A stretch of 64,000 nt of DNA from Candidatus Aenigmatarchaeota archaeon (lineage in GTDB: Archaea > Aenigmatarchaeota > Aenigmatarchaeia > GW2011-AR5). Below the pieces are notes generated by a model. It had not been told where the DNA came from and ran no database searches. It was given only the letters and a program-made list of their open reading frames with translations. The position numbers were made by a program, and so were the translations under genes. The DNA lies in NCBI GenBank assembly GCA_039091535.1, contig JAWCLW010000001.1, forward strand, positions 11,881 through 75,880, given 5' to 3'. Positions 10,034 through 20,642 of the stretch are shown here, in pieces (position 1 is the first letter of the stretch; every line of letters starts with the position of its first letter).

Positions 10034-10408
10034 TCACCACTTCTTAAAGAAGCTTGTACTTAATACTTTCAAATCAAAATTACCATTATTGTTTTGACCA
10101 CTTAAAATACCATATATGTTTTCATTTGTTTTAAGATTTTTTAATTCAGAGTATAGCATAATATCTTTATCCCCATCTTTGTCTATATCTATTAATTCTA
10201 CTTTTTCTATTCTTTTTATTTCATAATTGTTTATTTTTGGATCGATTAGTCTATTTCCTTTTTCGTCGATTATTTCGTTTTTAGTAAAATAAATCAATTC
10301 ATATTTACCATCTTTGTTCATATCAACTAAACCGATATAATTTTTGCTTGGTTGACAAGATATCAATGTCGAAAATACTAACGGTAAAACAAGCTTTTTA
10401 ATCTGCAT
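10034..10408 (-). CDS. putative lipoprotein with DxDxDG (FG-GAP/EF-hand-like) motifs
   Basis: Signal peptide ending LISC; DMNKDGKYE and DIDKDGDKD. Confidence 0.65.
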   Translation of the reverse strand: MQIKKLVLPLVFSTLISCQPSKNYIGLVDMNKDGKYELIYFTKNEIIDEKGNRLIDPKINNYEIKRIEKVELIDIDKDGDKDIMLYSELKNLKTNENIYGILSGQNNNGNFDLKVLSTSFFKKW

Positions 10409-10509
10409 TGTACCACCCCATTTTATTTATTAAATATAAAAATAAAAAATATTTAAAATTATATAAAAAATCAAATCGGATAAAAATACATTACAAATGA
10501 ATTACAAAT

Positions 10510-10704
10510 TTATTTCTTCACAATCTTTATGCATTTTGTAGGGCAGATATCTGCTGCTTCTTGGTTGCATCCTATGCTATTCAATTCTGTTTTCTTAGGT
10601 TTTGATTTATCGCCTTTCATCTCCCAATTCTCAGGACATACAGAAACACATGCCCCACATCCTATGCATTCACTAACATTGTGAATTATTTTTATTTTTG
10701 CCAT
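10510..10704 (-). CDS. ferredoxin (single cluster)
   Basis: CIGCGACVSVCP...CP. Confidence 0.92.
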   Translation of the reverse strand: MAKIKIIHNVSECIGCGACVSVCPENWEMKGDKSKPKKTELNSIGCNQEAADICPTKCIKIVKK

Positions 10705-10733
10705 ATTTATCCACCCACCTATTCTTTATCGAT

Positions 10734-10985
10734 TCATTCACGAATTTTATTTTTAATTGCATTATTCATTTCTCTGAGCATTTCATCCAATTCCTTTTTT
10801 GTCATGCCATGAGAAATGGCGCCTTGCTCTATTGTTTCATAAAGTGCAACATGACAACCTACACAATGTAGTCCATAATCAAACATTATATTAATGGTTT
10901 CTGGATATTTTCTCACAACCTCGCCAAGTGATGTATCTTTTGTAATTATATTAATTTCTTTTTGTTTTTTTGTTTTCTTCTGCAT
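10734..10985 (-). CDS. DUF1858 (HCP-associated redox disulfide) protein
   Basis: ITKDTSLGEVVRKYPE, GLHCVGC, ETIEQGAISHG. Confidence 0.9.
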   Translation of the reverse strand: MQKKTKKQKEINIITKDTSLGEVVRKYPETINIMFDYGLHCVGCHVALYETIEQGAISHGMTKKELDEMLREMNNAIKNKIRE

Positions 10986-11041
10986 AAAAATCACATAGTT
11001 ATTTTATTATGAATAATATTTATAATTTTGATATAATGGTC

Positions 11042-11137
11042 TCAACTGCATAAACCAAATCCACAATTCCTACAAAATGTACAACCCTCCTGATGAATCA
11101 AAGGAGAGCCACAATCTGGACAAATTTCTTTGTTCAT
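11042..11137 (-). CDS. 31-aa Zn-ribbon protein resembling the C-terminal Zn finger of class II RNRs (not in ORF track)
   Basis: MNKEICPDCGSPLIHQEGCTFCRNCGFGLCS; GAGGTGA SD 5 nt upstream. Confidence 0.8.
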   Translation of the reverse strand: MNKEICPDCGSPLIHQEGCTFCRNCGFGLCS

Positions 11138-11153
11138 TGGAATCACCTCATTT

Positions 11154-11729
11154 TTAATATTGTATGCCTTTTGTTGTAGGCAATTTCTCCGGAATTTTTA
11201 TCTCAACAATCTCATTGACAAAATCTGATTTGTCAATTAATTCTTTTGGTGCATATCTCCCAGTCAAAATAACATTTGTTCTTTTTGGTATTTTATTTAA
11301 AAAATCTATTACATCATCAATGTTTAGAAGATTCCAGTGCAAGGCTAAATTAATTTCATCTAAAATCAATAGATGTGGTTTCTTTTCCTTCATAATCTTT
11401 TTTGCAAACTCTAATGCTTCATTTGCAAGTTTTTTGTCAAATTCTTCCAAATTCTTAACAATAAATTTTTTTCCACCGAATCTAAATGTTTTTGAACCTT
11501 TATTATTAACTTTGAACCACCCAGGACGACCAAACTGATATATTTCATAATAAGGTCTCAACCTCTTTTCTATTTTGCATTCTCCAATATTTTTCCACCA
11601 TTTTAAAAACTGTATTATAATAACTTTTTTTTTATGGCCAACAGAGCGCAAAGCTAGACCTAATGCATTTGTTGTTTTACCGCCACCAGAACCAGTATAA
11701 AGATAGATATGTCCCATAATTATCATCAT
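11154..11729 (-). CDS. cobO: cob(I)alamin adenosyltransferase, CobA/BtuR/CobO family
   Basis: YTGSGGGKTTNALGLALRSVGH, IQFLK, ILDEIN, LTGRYAP, GIQY. Confidence 0.92.
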   Translation of the reverse strand: MMIIMGHIYLYTGSGGGKTTNALGLALRSVGHKKKVIIIQFLKWWKNIGECKIEKRLRPYYEIYQFGRPGWFKVNNKGSKTFRFGGKKFIVKNLEEFDKKLANEALEFAKKIMKEKKPHLLILDEINLALHWNLLNIDDVIDFLNKIPKRTNVILTGRYAPKELIDKSDFVNEIVEIKIPEKLPTTKGIQY

Positions 11730-11754
11730 GATGTATTTAGTTAGTTTTTAATCA

Positions 11755-13833
11755 CTAAATAAAACAGGTTTCACATGTTTCATTCTTTTTTATTTGCTCT
11801 TCTGAGTCTATATTTAATACTTGTTTCTCTCTACTACCATATCTATAAATTGTAAGACCCTTACATTTCAGTTTCCATGCAAGCATAAATGCCTTCTCAA
11901 CATCATGTGGTGTAGCAAAATTAGGGAAGTTTATAGTTTTTGAAACAGCATTATCTGTATATTTCTGAAATGCTGCCTGAACTCTTATATGCCATTCTGG
12001 CGAAATATCTAATGCTGTAACAAACAATTTTCTAATTTTTTCAGGTATCTCATCTATTCCTTGGATTGAACCACGTTTTGCTATCTTTTTCATTAATTCC
12101 TCACTATAGATTTCTTCTTCTATCGCAATTTTTTCAAAGAGTGGATTTACCTCGACCAATTCATGACCTAAACTTTCAGATACATCACGAATATAAGAAA
12201 TAGCAAATATTGGTTCAATACCAGAAGAGCAGTTAGCAATAACACCGATGCTTCCTGTAGGAGCAATTGTTGTTGTTGTTGCATTTCTCATTGCCTTATA
12301 TTTATTTTCCCATATGCTTCCGGAAAAGTTCTTAAAAGAACCTTTCTCTATTCCAAGTTCTTCGCTCATTTTCTTTGATTCATCGTTAATAAATTTCATA
12401 ACATTTTCAGCGGTTTTTATGGCCTCTTCGCTCGCATAAGAAATTCCTAACTGTATCAAGAAGTCTGCAAAACCCATGACACCCAAACCAATTTTTCTAT
12501 TAGCTTTTGTCGTTTCCTCTATCTCTTTTATTGGATATTTATTTGCATCAATAACGTTATCTAAAAATCTGACTGCTAATCTCACTGTATTTCTTAGTTT
12601 TTCCCAATCTATTTTTCCATCTTTAATCATTTTTGTAAGATTTATGCTGCCTAAATTGCAACTTTCATATGGTAGTAGTGGTTGCTCGCCACAAGGGTTC
12701 GTAGATTCTATTTTACCTATATGTGGTGTAGGATTGTGTCTATTTATTTCGTCAATAAATATTACGCCAGGTTCACCATTTTTCCATGCCATCATAACTA
12801 ATAAATTGAATACAGCACGTGCTGGTAAACGCTTAACTGCTTCCTTTGTTCTTGGATTTATCAAATCATATTCATCATTCTTTTCGACTGCCCTCATGAA
12901 ATCATCTGTAACTGCTACAGATATATTAAAATTAGATAAAATACCTTCGCGCTCTTTGCATGTTATAAATTCTAAAATATCTGGATGGTCTACACGCAAG
13001 ATGCCCATATTTGCTCCACGTCTCTTCCCTCCTTGTTTTATAACCTCGGTTGCTGTGTTAAATACTTGCATGAATGAGATAGGTCCAGATGCAACACCAC
13101 CCGTGGAGCGAACAACATCACCTTTTGGTCTAAGATTACTAAAAGAGAAACCTGTGCCACCACCACTTTGATGAATTAAAGCTGTATTTTTCACAGCTTC
13201 AAAAATGCTTGCCATATCATCTTTAACAGGTAAAACAAAACATGCAGAAAGCTGTCCCAAACCTGTTCCTGCATTCATCAATGTCGGTGAATTAGGCAAG
13301 AATTCAAGATTTACCATCATGCTATAGAAATTCTCTTCTAACTTTTGAACTTCATCATCACTTTTTCCATAATTTTTTTCAATACTTGCAATTGTTTTTG
13401 CAACTCTTCTAAACATTTGTGATGTAGATTCAATTATTCTTCTATTCTCATCTCTTCGTAAATATCGTGAAGCAAGAACCTTTATTGCATTCATTGATAA
13501 TTTTAGTTCATCTGTTACACCTAAAAGTGCTTTTGCCTCTCTTATCTCTGAGCGCTTTTGTCGGTACAAAATATAAGCCTTAGCAGTTTTTGCATGACCT
13601 TCTTCTATTAAAATCTTTTCAACTATATCCTGTATCTGTTCCACTGTTGGTATTTCATCATCTTTTATTTGTTCTTCCAATTTTTTAACAACCTTATCTG
13701 CAAGCTTTTTGGCTAGTTCATAATCTCTTCCACCAATAGATTGAGCTGCTTTAAAAATAGCATTAGCGATTTTTTCTTTTTCAAATGGGACAATCCTACC
13801 ATCGCGTTTTCTTATTTGTGTGAATTTTGTCAT
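11755..13833 (-). CDS. nrdJ: adenosylcobalamin-dependent (class II) ribonucleotide reductase with ATP cone
   Basis: IRKRDGRIVPF ATP cone, PNSPTLMNAG, SACFV, TNPCGEQPL, CNLGSINL, TIAPTGS, VSKTIN, C-terminal CETC. Confidence 0.97.
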   Translation of the reverse strand: MTKFTQIRKRDGRIVPFEKEKIANAIFKAAQSIGGRDYELAKKLADKVVKKLEEQIKDDEIPTVEQIQDIVEKILIEEGHAKTAKAYILYRQKRSEIREAKALLGVTDELKLSMNAIKVLASRYLRRDENRRIIESTSQMFRRVAKTIASIEKNYGKSDDEVQKLEENFYSMMVNLEFLPNSPTLMNAGTGLGQLSACFVLPVKDDMASIFEAVKNTALIHQSGGGTGFSFSNLRPKGDVVRSTGGVASGPISFMQVFNTATEVIKQGGKRRGANMGILRVDHPDILEFITCKEREGILSNFNISVAVTDDFMRAVEKNDEYDLINPRTKEAVKRLPARAVFNLLVMMAWKNGEPGVIFIDEINRHNPTPHIGKIESTNPCGEQPLLPYESCNLGSINLTKMIKDGKIDWEKLRNTVRLAVRFLDNVIDANKYPIKEIEETTKANRKIGLGVMGFADFLIQLGISYASEEAIKTAENVMKFINDESKKMSEELGIEKGSFKNFSGSIWENKYKAMRNATTTTIAPTGSIGVIANCSSGIEPIFAISYIRDVSESLGHELVEVNPLFEKIAIEEEIYSEELMKKIAKRGSIQGIDEIPEKIRKLFVTALDISPEWHIRVQAAFQKYTDNAVSKTINFPNFATPHDVEKAFMLAWKLKCKGLTIYRYGSREKQVLNIDSEEQIKKNETCETCFI

Positions 13834-14254
13834 TTTCAAAACCTTTTTATGATTTATCTAAGTAATGAAAAAAAATTATTACAACCACACACCTGAGTAG
13901 TTTTATTTATGAATTTATTTAAAAATACTTTTCTCTTTTTTGAATTCTATATCAAAAAATAGAAATGACTTCACAGGAATGACGAAAGATTTATATATTG
14001 GTTTGAGCAATTAATATCCTCTTATTTATTTTCCTAGTTCTAATAAGACCCCATTTAAATTATTTGATAAATGAAATATTTTTTTAACATTTAAAGAGCA
14101 TATAATTCATATTTTAAATACTTTTCCAAAAATAAAAATAATAAATTCCGTGAATTTTATGTTTTTAAATTTTACATTGTTTGCGGAATACAAAAAGCCC
14201 TTGATTAATGTTATTACGTGATTTACAAAATAGGGCCTATTTACAGGTGAAAAA

Positions 14255-14950
14255 ATGGTTACAGTAGATGAGGCTGTTATAGCAAAATACGAAAAAGATG
14301 GAAAACATTTCGAAATTCTTGTTGACCCGGAATTAGCCTATGAGCTTAAGGATGGTAAATCTGTTTCTATACAGAAAATGCTAGCTATAAATGCTATTTT
14401 TACTGATGCAAGAAAGGGCGACAGACCATCAAATGCTGACATATTAAAAATATTTGGTACAAATGATATTGAAAAAATTTCAGAATTTATAATAAAAAAT
14501 GGTGAAGTGCAATTAACAACAGAATTCAGAAGAAAAAAGATTGATGAAAAGAAAAGACAGATTGCTGCATTAATAAGTAGATTTGCAATAAATCCACAAA
14601 CAAGATTGCCACATCCACAAGAACGTATTTTAACAGCAATGGAACAAATAAATATATCAATCGACCCATTCAAACCAGCAGAACAACAAGTTGATAATGT
14701 TGTAAAACTATTGAAATCTATTTTACCTCTTTCTCTAGAAGAGCTCACACTTATTGTTGAGATACCTGCAAAATATACGGGTAGGGCCTATGGAATTTTA
14801 AAAGAATACAATGTCCATCAAGATAAATGGCTCAACGACGGTACCCTAGTTGCAAGGATCACAATACCAGCTGGACTAAAAGAAAACATTTACAGAAGAC
14901 TTGGTGCCTTGTGCGAAGGTAATTTAAAAATCGAAGAGGTAAAGAGGTAA
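14255..14950 (+). CDS. ribosome maturation factor SBDS/Sdo1
   Basis: FEILVDP, IFTDARKG, GEVQLTTEFRR, PHPQERI, IDPFKPAEQQV. Confidence 0.96.
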   Translation: MVTVDEAVIAKYEKDGKHFEILVDPELAYELKDGKSVSIQKMLAINAIFTDARKGDRPSNADILKIFGTNDIEKISEFIIKNGEVQLTTEFRRKKIDEKKRQIAALISRFAINPQTRLPHPQERILTAMEQINISIDPFKPAEQQVDNVVKLLKSILPLSLEELTLIVEIPAKYTGRAYGILKEYNVHQDKWLNDGTLVARITIPAGLKENIYRRLGALCEGNLKIEEVKR

Positions 14951-14955
14951 AAGAT

Positions 14956-15267
14956 ATGAAAATAAAATATTATGAATGGTTGAACAATGTATATTTTGGT
15001 ATACCTATAGATGATGACAATAATGAATATAACATTTGGATACAGAAACTTAATAATAATTATGGGTTTATTGGATCAGATAAAAACTATAAAATAGTTC
15101 ATAATACAAAAAATTCTATTGAAATAATAAAAAAAGATATGAAACTAATCAAAAAATTATTAAATATTTTTTTCTCAGAAAAACCTCCATACAAAAAGGA
15201 AGTAATTCAAGAAATTGATCATCTTTGTCATATTGTTTTTGATAAGTATCTTGAAAAAAAGAGGTGA
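14956..15267 (+). CDS. hypothetical protein inside the exosome operon
   Basis: GAGGT SD at the end of the SBDS gene; tight spacing; no recognisable motif. Confidence 0.6.
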   Translation: MKIKYYEWLNNVYFGIPIDDDNNEYNIWIQKLNNNYGFIGSDKNYKIVHNTKNSIEIIKKDMKLIKKLLNIFFSEKPPYKKEVIQEIDHLCHIVFDKYLEKKR

Positions 15268-15271
15268 AAAA

Positions 15272-15961
15272 ATGATCGAAAAACCACAAAGGAAATTAGT
15301 TATACCTGGTGATTTTTTGGGAATCGGACGTGCTGGTCATGGAGCTTATGAAGAAGATGGGAAAATTTTTTCAAAATTTGTTGGCCTTGCAGAACAGAAA
15401 GGTGATTTGTTCTTTGTAATACCACTTAGCGGAATTTATAATCCAAAACGTGGTGATGGTGTTATAGGAAAAATTGAGGATATAGTATTTTCAAAATGGA
15501 TAGTTGATATAAATTCACCTTATCAAGCCGTATTGCCACTAAGTGAAGCAACAGAAGATTTTATAGATTTGACAAAAACCGATTTGACAAAATACTTTGA
15601 TTATGGTGACATTATTTTTGCAGAGATATCAAGTGTGACAAAAACAAAAAATATTCAATTGTCAATGCGTGATAGAAAATGCAGGAAACTTCGTGGTGGT
15701 CGATTAATCAAGGTAACACCTGCAAAAGTTCCACGTATTATTGGAAAGGGTGGAAGCATGGTTGAGATGATAAAAGAACTTACAGGAACGCAGATTGTTG
15801 TTGGTCAAAATGGGCTTGTATGGGTAAAAGGTGATAATGAGGATTTAGCTGCAGAAGCGATACTTATAATAGAAGAGAAGTCACACATACAAGGATTAAC
15901 AGACCAAATAAAAACAATGCTTCAAAACAAGCTCAGCAAAAGAATAGAAACAAATGTATAA
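15272..15961 (+). CDS. rrp4: exosome RNA-binding protein Rrp4
   Basis: VIPGD, YNPKRGDGVIG, VDINSPY, KVPRIIGKGGSM, GQNG; SD GAGGTGA before ATG 15272. Confidence 0.96.
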   Translation: MIEKPQRKLVIPGDFLGIGRAGHGAYEEDGKIFSKFVGLAEQKGDLFFVIPLSGIYNPKRGDGVIGKIEDIVFSKWIVDINSPYQAVLPLSEATEDFIDLTKTDLTKYFDYGDIIFAEISSVTKTKNIQLSMRDRKCRKLRGGRLIKVTPAKVPRIIGKGGSMVEMIKELTGTQIVVGQNGLVWVKGDNEDLAAEAILIIEEKSHIQGLTDQIKTMLQNKLSKRIETNV

Positions 15962-15973
15962 TGATGTGATCAA

Positions 15974-16198
15974 ATGAATAAGAAAAATCTTAAAAAAGTT
16001 TATCTTCCTAAGTGGACTGCTTGGTTCATGTTAATAGTACTCATACCAATATTAAGAGTAATCGAATATGAGGCATTTTATGGAAAGGATCAATATCCAA
16101 TTATGGGTATCGTTGTCGGATTTTTATTTTTAGCACTTTTAGTAATGTTATTTGTTGTCGCATATAAAAAAATTCCATATATGTTTATAGAAAATTAG
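15974..16198 (+). CDS. small two-TM membrane protein
   Basis: Two hydrophobic helices; lies between rrp4 and rrp41. Confidence 0.7.
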   Translation: MNKKNLKKVYLPKWTAWFMLIVLIPILRVIEYEAFYGKDQYPIMGIVVGFLFLALLVMLFVVAYKKIPYMFIEN

Positions 16199-16210
16199 GA
16201 GGATGATATT

Positions 16211-16927
16211 ATGGAAGAAAAATTAATTAAAGATGGTATACGCCTTGATGGTCGCAGATTTGATGAAATCCGACCAATAGAGGCAAAAGTTGGTGTAATT
16301 AAGAATGCCGATGGTTCTGCACTATTCAAATTGGGAAACACAGTTGCAGTTGCTGGTGTTTATGGGCCAAGAAAAGTTTTTCCAAGACACGAAGAAGAAA
16401 TGGAAAAATCTATTTTGCGTGTAAGATATAACATGGCTCCTTTTGCAACAATAGAGCGTGGAAGACCTGGACCAAGTAGAAGAAGCATCGAGATTTCACT
16501 TGTTACAAGAGAGGCGTTATTACCTGTTTTATTTTTAGATGAGTTTCCAAAGACTGCAATAGATTTGCATATAGAGGTTCTTGATGCAAATGCTTCCACA
16601 AGAATTGCAGGCATAAATGCTGCATCGCTTGCACTTGCAGATGCAGGTGTTCCTATGAAAGATTTAATATGTGCATGCTCTGCAGGAAAAGTTGAGGGTA
16701 ACATTGTACTTGATATCGCAGGAAAGGAAGATACAGAAGGAGAATTAGATTTGCCTGTTGCTTATTATCCAAAACAAAAACAGATAACACTTTTACAGAT
16801 GGACGGTCTAACAGACAAAGAAGAGTTAAAAAAAATTATATCACTTGCAATAGAAGGGTGCAAAAAAATTTATGAGATACAAAAAAAAGTTTTAAAAAAT
16901 AAATATGTAGTTGAAGAAGAGGTCTAA
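16211..16927 (+). CDS. rrp41: exosome exonuclease Rrp41
   Basis: RLDGRRFDEIRP, ADGSA, VYGPR, YNMAPF, RRSIEIS, LQMDG. Confidence 0.97.
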   Translation: MEEKLIKDGIRLDGRRFDEIRPIEAKVGVIKNADGSALFKLGNTVAVAGVYGPRKVFPRHEEEMEKSILRVRYNMAPFATIERGRPGPSRRSIEISLVTREALLPVLFLDEFPKTAIDLHIEVLDANASTRIAGINAASLALADAGVPMKDLICACSAGKVEGNIVLDIAGKEDTEGELDLPVAYYPKQKQITLLQMDGLTDKEELKKIISLAIEGCKKIYEIQKKVLKNKYVVEEEV

Positions 16928-16938
16928 AAGGTGATAAT

Positions 16939-17727
16939 ATGATAGAAGTGGATATAGAACTAATAAAGAATATTATAAAAAAAGGTAAACGTATTGATAA
17001 TCGTGATTTTGAAAAATATAGAGAAATTATTATTGAGCAAGGTATTATTTCATCGGCAGAGGGATCAGCAAAAGTTAAAATAGGTGATACAGAGGTTATC
17101 GCCGGTGTAAAGATGGATGTTGGAGAACCATATCCAGATTCGCCTGATGAAGGTGTAATAACAGTTTCAGCAGAATTTGTGCCTTTAGCAAGTCCTGAAT
17201 TTGAGGCAGGACCACCAGGTGAAGATGCAATAGAACTTGCACGGGTTGTTGACAGAGCAATACGCGAATCAAAAGCCATAGATTTTAAGAAATTATGCAT
17301 AACTCCAAAAGAAAAAGTATGGATGATTTTTGTAGATTTAGATATACTTAATGATGATGGAAATCTTATAGATGCATCAGGGCTTGCAACAATTGTAGCA
17401 TTGTTGAATACAAGAATACCAGAACTTACAGAGGATGGAAAACCAAACTATGAAAAGAGAGTTGAAAAACTACCAATAAATGGCATACCAATCTCAACAA
17501 CATTTGTAAAGATAGATAATACAATAATTGCTGACCCAAATCTTGCAGAGAGCAAATCTATGAATGCACGACTTACTGTAGGCACGGTTGATAAAGATGA
17601 TAAAATCATGATTTGTTCGTTACAGAAAGGTGGGCCAGATGGTTTGTCAATGGAAGATATAGATAAAATTATTGATTTATCTATAAAAAAAGGAGAAGAA
17701 TTTAGAAATTTAATCAGAAGTTTATAA
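16939..17727 (+). CDS. rrp42: exosome subunit Rrp42
   Basis: AEGSA, PYPDSPDEG, FEAGPPGEDAIELARVVDRAIRES, DGNLIDA. Confidence 0.97.
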   Translation: MIEVDIELIKNIIKKGKRIDNRDFEKYREIIIEQGIISSAEGSAKVKIGDTEVIAGVKMDVGEPYPDSPDEGVITVSAEFVPLASPEFEAGPPGEDAIELARVVDRAIRESKAIDFKKLCITPKEKVWMIFVDLDILNDDGNLIDASGLATIVALLNTRIPELTEDGKPNYEKRVEKLPINGIPISTTFVKIDNTIIADPNLAESKSMNARLTVGTVDKDDKIMICSLQKGGPDGLSMEDIDKIIDLSIKKGEEFRNLIRSL

Positions 17728-17761
17728 AAAATTGGGATAAAAATACAACAATTAAAAAATA

Positions 17762-18952
17762 TTATTCATATCTTAATGCTTCAACAGGATCTAATTTTGC
17801 AGCCCTATATGCTGGGTAAGTCCCTGAAACCATTCCAACAATCATTGAAAATAAAATGGCACCTATAATTAACATAGGATCTATTTCTACATTCAATGAT
17901 AAGCCAATTATATTTGTAGCAAACTTAGAAAATCCTAATGAAAGAGAATAGCCAACAATTGTTCCAACAACACCACCAATAAGGCCTACAAACGATGATT
18001 CTATTAAAAAAAGAGCAAGAATTCTTCTATTTGTTGCACCGATTGCCTTCATTACACCTATTTCCTTTGTACGTTCTATAACAGCCATGAGCATTGTATT
18101 CAATATACCAAAACTTGCTACAAGCAAGGAAATTCCAGCAATACCTGCAAGCACAATAGATATTATGCTAAATATCGAATTTATTCTTTCAAGAAGTTGT
18201 TCTGTTGTCATTGCAAAAAAAAGTTTTTCATTATGCAGATCTTCTAATTCTTTTTCAATTCTTTCTGCAACAATTTTTGGGTCTTCGTATGCTTTTGCAA
18301 AAATTACTGTTATATCTTCCTTATCGCCAATAATATCACGTAGTGTCTCAATGGGTATTATTATTCCATTATCATCCTGTTGATTTCCTGTAGGTTTCAT
18401 AATGCCTATAACACGAATCTCTTTACCCAATATTTTTATTTTGTCTCCGACTCTAATTTCATTACCAAATATATCTGTGTGAACTCTACTTCCTATGATT
18501 GCTACTGATTTTTCATCTTCTTTCATGAAACGACCTTCATCAAGTGTATATCTCTGAACTCCTGAAAAAAATATTTTGCTTTCCTTACTTGACACACCAT
18601 AAATAGTTATAAATGATGTTTTTTTTTCATAACTTACAGGAAGATTTTTGAGTAGTATAGGTATAGCGATATCAACACCCCTTGTCTTTTTTACAATATC
18701 TAAATCCTTTTCAGAAAGTTTTTGGGTAAATCCTGTTGGTGGACCAAAACCACCGGATGTTTTTGGAATTATAATTATTTTATCAGTACCTATTTGTTCC
18801 AATTGTTTTGCAACAGATGTCGATAGGCCTGATCCAAGAGAAATTAATGCAACAACAGATGCGATACCAACAATCACACCCAAAAGTGTTAGGACTGTCC
18901 TTGCCTTCTGATGTGAAAGATTTCTGAATGCTATCTTAAAAATTTCTTCCAT
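17762..18952 (-). CDS. MacB/FtsX-family ABC transporter permease
   Basis: RTVLTLLGVIVGIASV, ERTKEIGVMKAIGA, YPAYRAAKLDPVEALRYE. Confidence 0.95.
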   Translation of the reverse strand: MEEIFKIAFRNLSHQKARTVLTLLGVIVGIASVVALISLGSGLSTSVAKQLEQIGTDKIIIIPKTSGGFGPPTGFTQKLSEKDLDIVKKTRGVDIAIPILLKNLPVSYEKKTSFITIYGVSSKESKIFFSGVQRYTLDEGRFMKEDEKSVAIIGSRVHTDIFGNEIRVGDKIKILGKEIRVIGIMKPTGNQQDDNGIIIPIETLRDIIGDKEDITVIFAKAYEDPKIVAERIEKELEDLHNEKLFFAMTTEQLLERINSIFSIISIVLAGIAGISLLVASFGILNTMLMAVIERTKEIGVMKAIGATNRRILALFLIESSFVGLIGGVVGTIVGYSLSLGFSKFATNIIGLSLNVEIDPMLIIGAILFSMIVGMVSGTYPAYRAAKLDPVEALRYE

Positions 18953-19001
18953 AAGAATCACAGGAGATTATTAAGATTAAATAAGATTTCACTTTTGTAA
19001 A

Positions 19002-19907
19002 TTATTTTTTCTTTATGAATGGTTTGATAAACCATCTTATAAATGGTACAAATAATGCACGAAATGCAACAATAATTACTAGCGCATAAATAACATACAT
19101 CCATACTGGTGTATCTGATTTATTCAGTAACGCAGCCTCTTCTGCTGTGATAAGATTTAAATAAACAACATTATTTTGAACGATCTCATCCCCATCAATA
19201 TTTTTATATATCATGGTTATATTTAGTGGATATACACCCTTACTTACATTTTTGAATTTCAGCTCAAAGTCAACAGAATCAAAATCATCACCTTCAATGT
19301 TGCCAACAAAAATTTCATTTCTTTTTATTTCAGCTATATCTGTTTCTGCTTTTACAAGTGTATGGTATGCTGTTCCATCATCCAAATTCACAATATCAAG
19401 TGTAATTTTTGATGTACCAAGTGGATATGGTATTGGCTCTATATCAACGAACAACGCTCTTAAATCTGCTTTTTCCTTCTTTTTACCTTCAACAACTGTA
19501 ATCATGAATTTATTTTCCTTAAATACAAGACTATCATTATCAGTATAATATTTTGTTTTTATATTTATTTCACTTGTTGCATTCGGTGCATCTTTATCAA
19601 CAAGCAATCTATACTCTAATCTTATTTCACCAAATCTTACAATCGATTCATAATGCCTTTCTGAATCATTATCCTGAAGTATAAATGGATATTTTGGTTC
19701 AAGTATAAATGTAATATTTCTTATAGTCTTTACGCCAATATTGTTAGCATTTATCCATATAGTAACATATTTTCCTGCCTCTGCTGGGTATGGATCGTAT
19801 TTCGCAAGGTCTAATTTAAGCATTCCATCATCAAATAATGGTATTGTAACATTAGTTGCATATGTTATTGTTGATAAAAGTAATAAGAAAATTATTATTT
19901 TTTTCAT
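19002..19907 (-). CDS. COG1361-like S-layer domain protein
   Basis: Signal peptide, YDPYPAEAG, Ig-like repeats, C-terminal TM; lies between the ABC ATPase and permease. Confidence 0.8.
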   Translation of the reverse strand: MKKIIIFLLLLSTITYATNVTIPLFDDGMLKLDLAKYDPYPAEAGKYVTIWINANNIGVKTIRNITFILEPKYPFILQDNDSERHYESIVRFGEIRLEYRLLVDKDAPNATSEINIKTKYYTDNDSLVFKENKFMITVVEGKKKEKADLRALFVDIEPIPYPLGTSKITLDIVNLDDGTAYHTLVKAETDIAEIKRNEIFVGNIEGDDFDSVDFELKFKNVSKGVYPLNITMIYKNIDGDEIVQNNVVYLNLITAEEAALLNKSDTPVWMYVIYALVIIVAFRALFVPFIRWFIKPFIKKK

Positions 19908-19913
19908 TTTGTA

Positions 19914-20588
19914 TCATCTCCTTTCATGAATAATAACTCCATCTTTAATATGAATCTCTCTCTCAGCAACTTTTGCAATATCTAGATCATGCGTTACAAG
20001 TATGAGAGTTGCACCATCATTATGTATTTTTTTAAATATATTTATTATTTCTTTACCTGTTTTGCTATCTAAATTACCAGTTGGTTCATCAGCAACTATT
20101 ATATCTGGGTTATTTACTAATGCACGAGCTATTGCAACACGCTGTCGTTCTCCACCACTAAGTTGAGTTGGTAAATGATTAATTCTTTTTTCAAGACCAA
20201 CCTCTTTCAAAAGTTCTATTGCCCTATCTTTCCTGTTTCCATCAAAATCAGCAAACCACATTGGGAGTATTACATTTTCTAAGGCAGTAAGTCTTGATAT
20301 TAGGTTGAATGTTTGAAAAACAAAACCAATTCTTCGACCTCGTATCCAAGCAAGTTCATTATCGTCCATTTTAGATGTATCCTTACCCCCAATAAAAACA
20401 TGACCCTTTGTTGGCCTGTCAAGTGCTCCAATTATATGAAGCAGTGTTGACTTTCCTGAACCACTAGGACCTACAATGGACATAAATTCACCTTTTTTTA
20501 CCTTCAAATCTATTCCATTCAATACATTCAATTCTACTTCATCAAGCATATATGTCTTATGAACATTTTTCAATTCAACAATATTCAT
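19914..20588 (-). CDS. LolD/MacB-type ABC transporter ATPase
   Basis: [37 protein letters not shown]. Confidence 0.97.
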   Translation of the reverse strand: MNIVELKNVHKTYMLDEVELNVLNGIDLKVKKGEFMSIVGPSGSGKSTLLHIIGALDRPTKGHVFIGGKDTSKMDDNELAWIRGRRIGFVFQTFNLISRLTALENVILPMWFADFDGNRKDRAIELLKEVGLEKRINHLPTQLSGGERQRVAIARALVNNPDIIVADEPTGNLDSKTGKEIINIFKKIHNDGATLILVTHDLDIAKVAEREIHIKDGVIIHERR

Positions 20589-20642
20589 AAGACTTATTTA
20601 TGATAAAAATCTTTTTAAATTTCTAAAATAGGTATTTTTTTC

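Noticed and set aside
12476..13171. Long antisense ORFs (this one, 26464-27060, 27895-28575, 30160-30708 and others)
   Set aside because: Shadows of well-supported genes on the opposite strand
13840..14254. Cobalamin riboswitch, NrdR box or replication origin upstream of nrdJ
   Set aside because: No B12-box or GGGAA core, no convincing palindrome or repeated ORBs; consistent with divergent promoters
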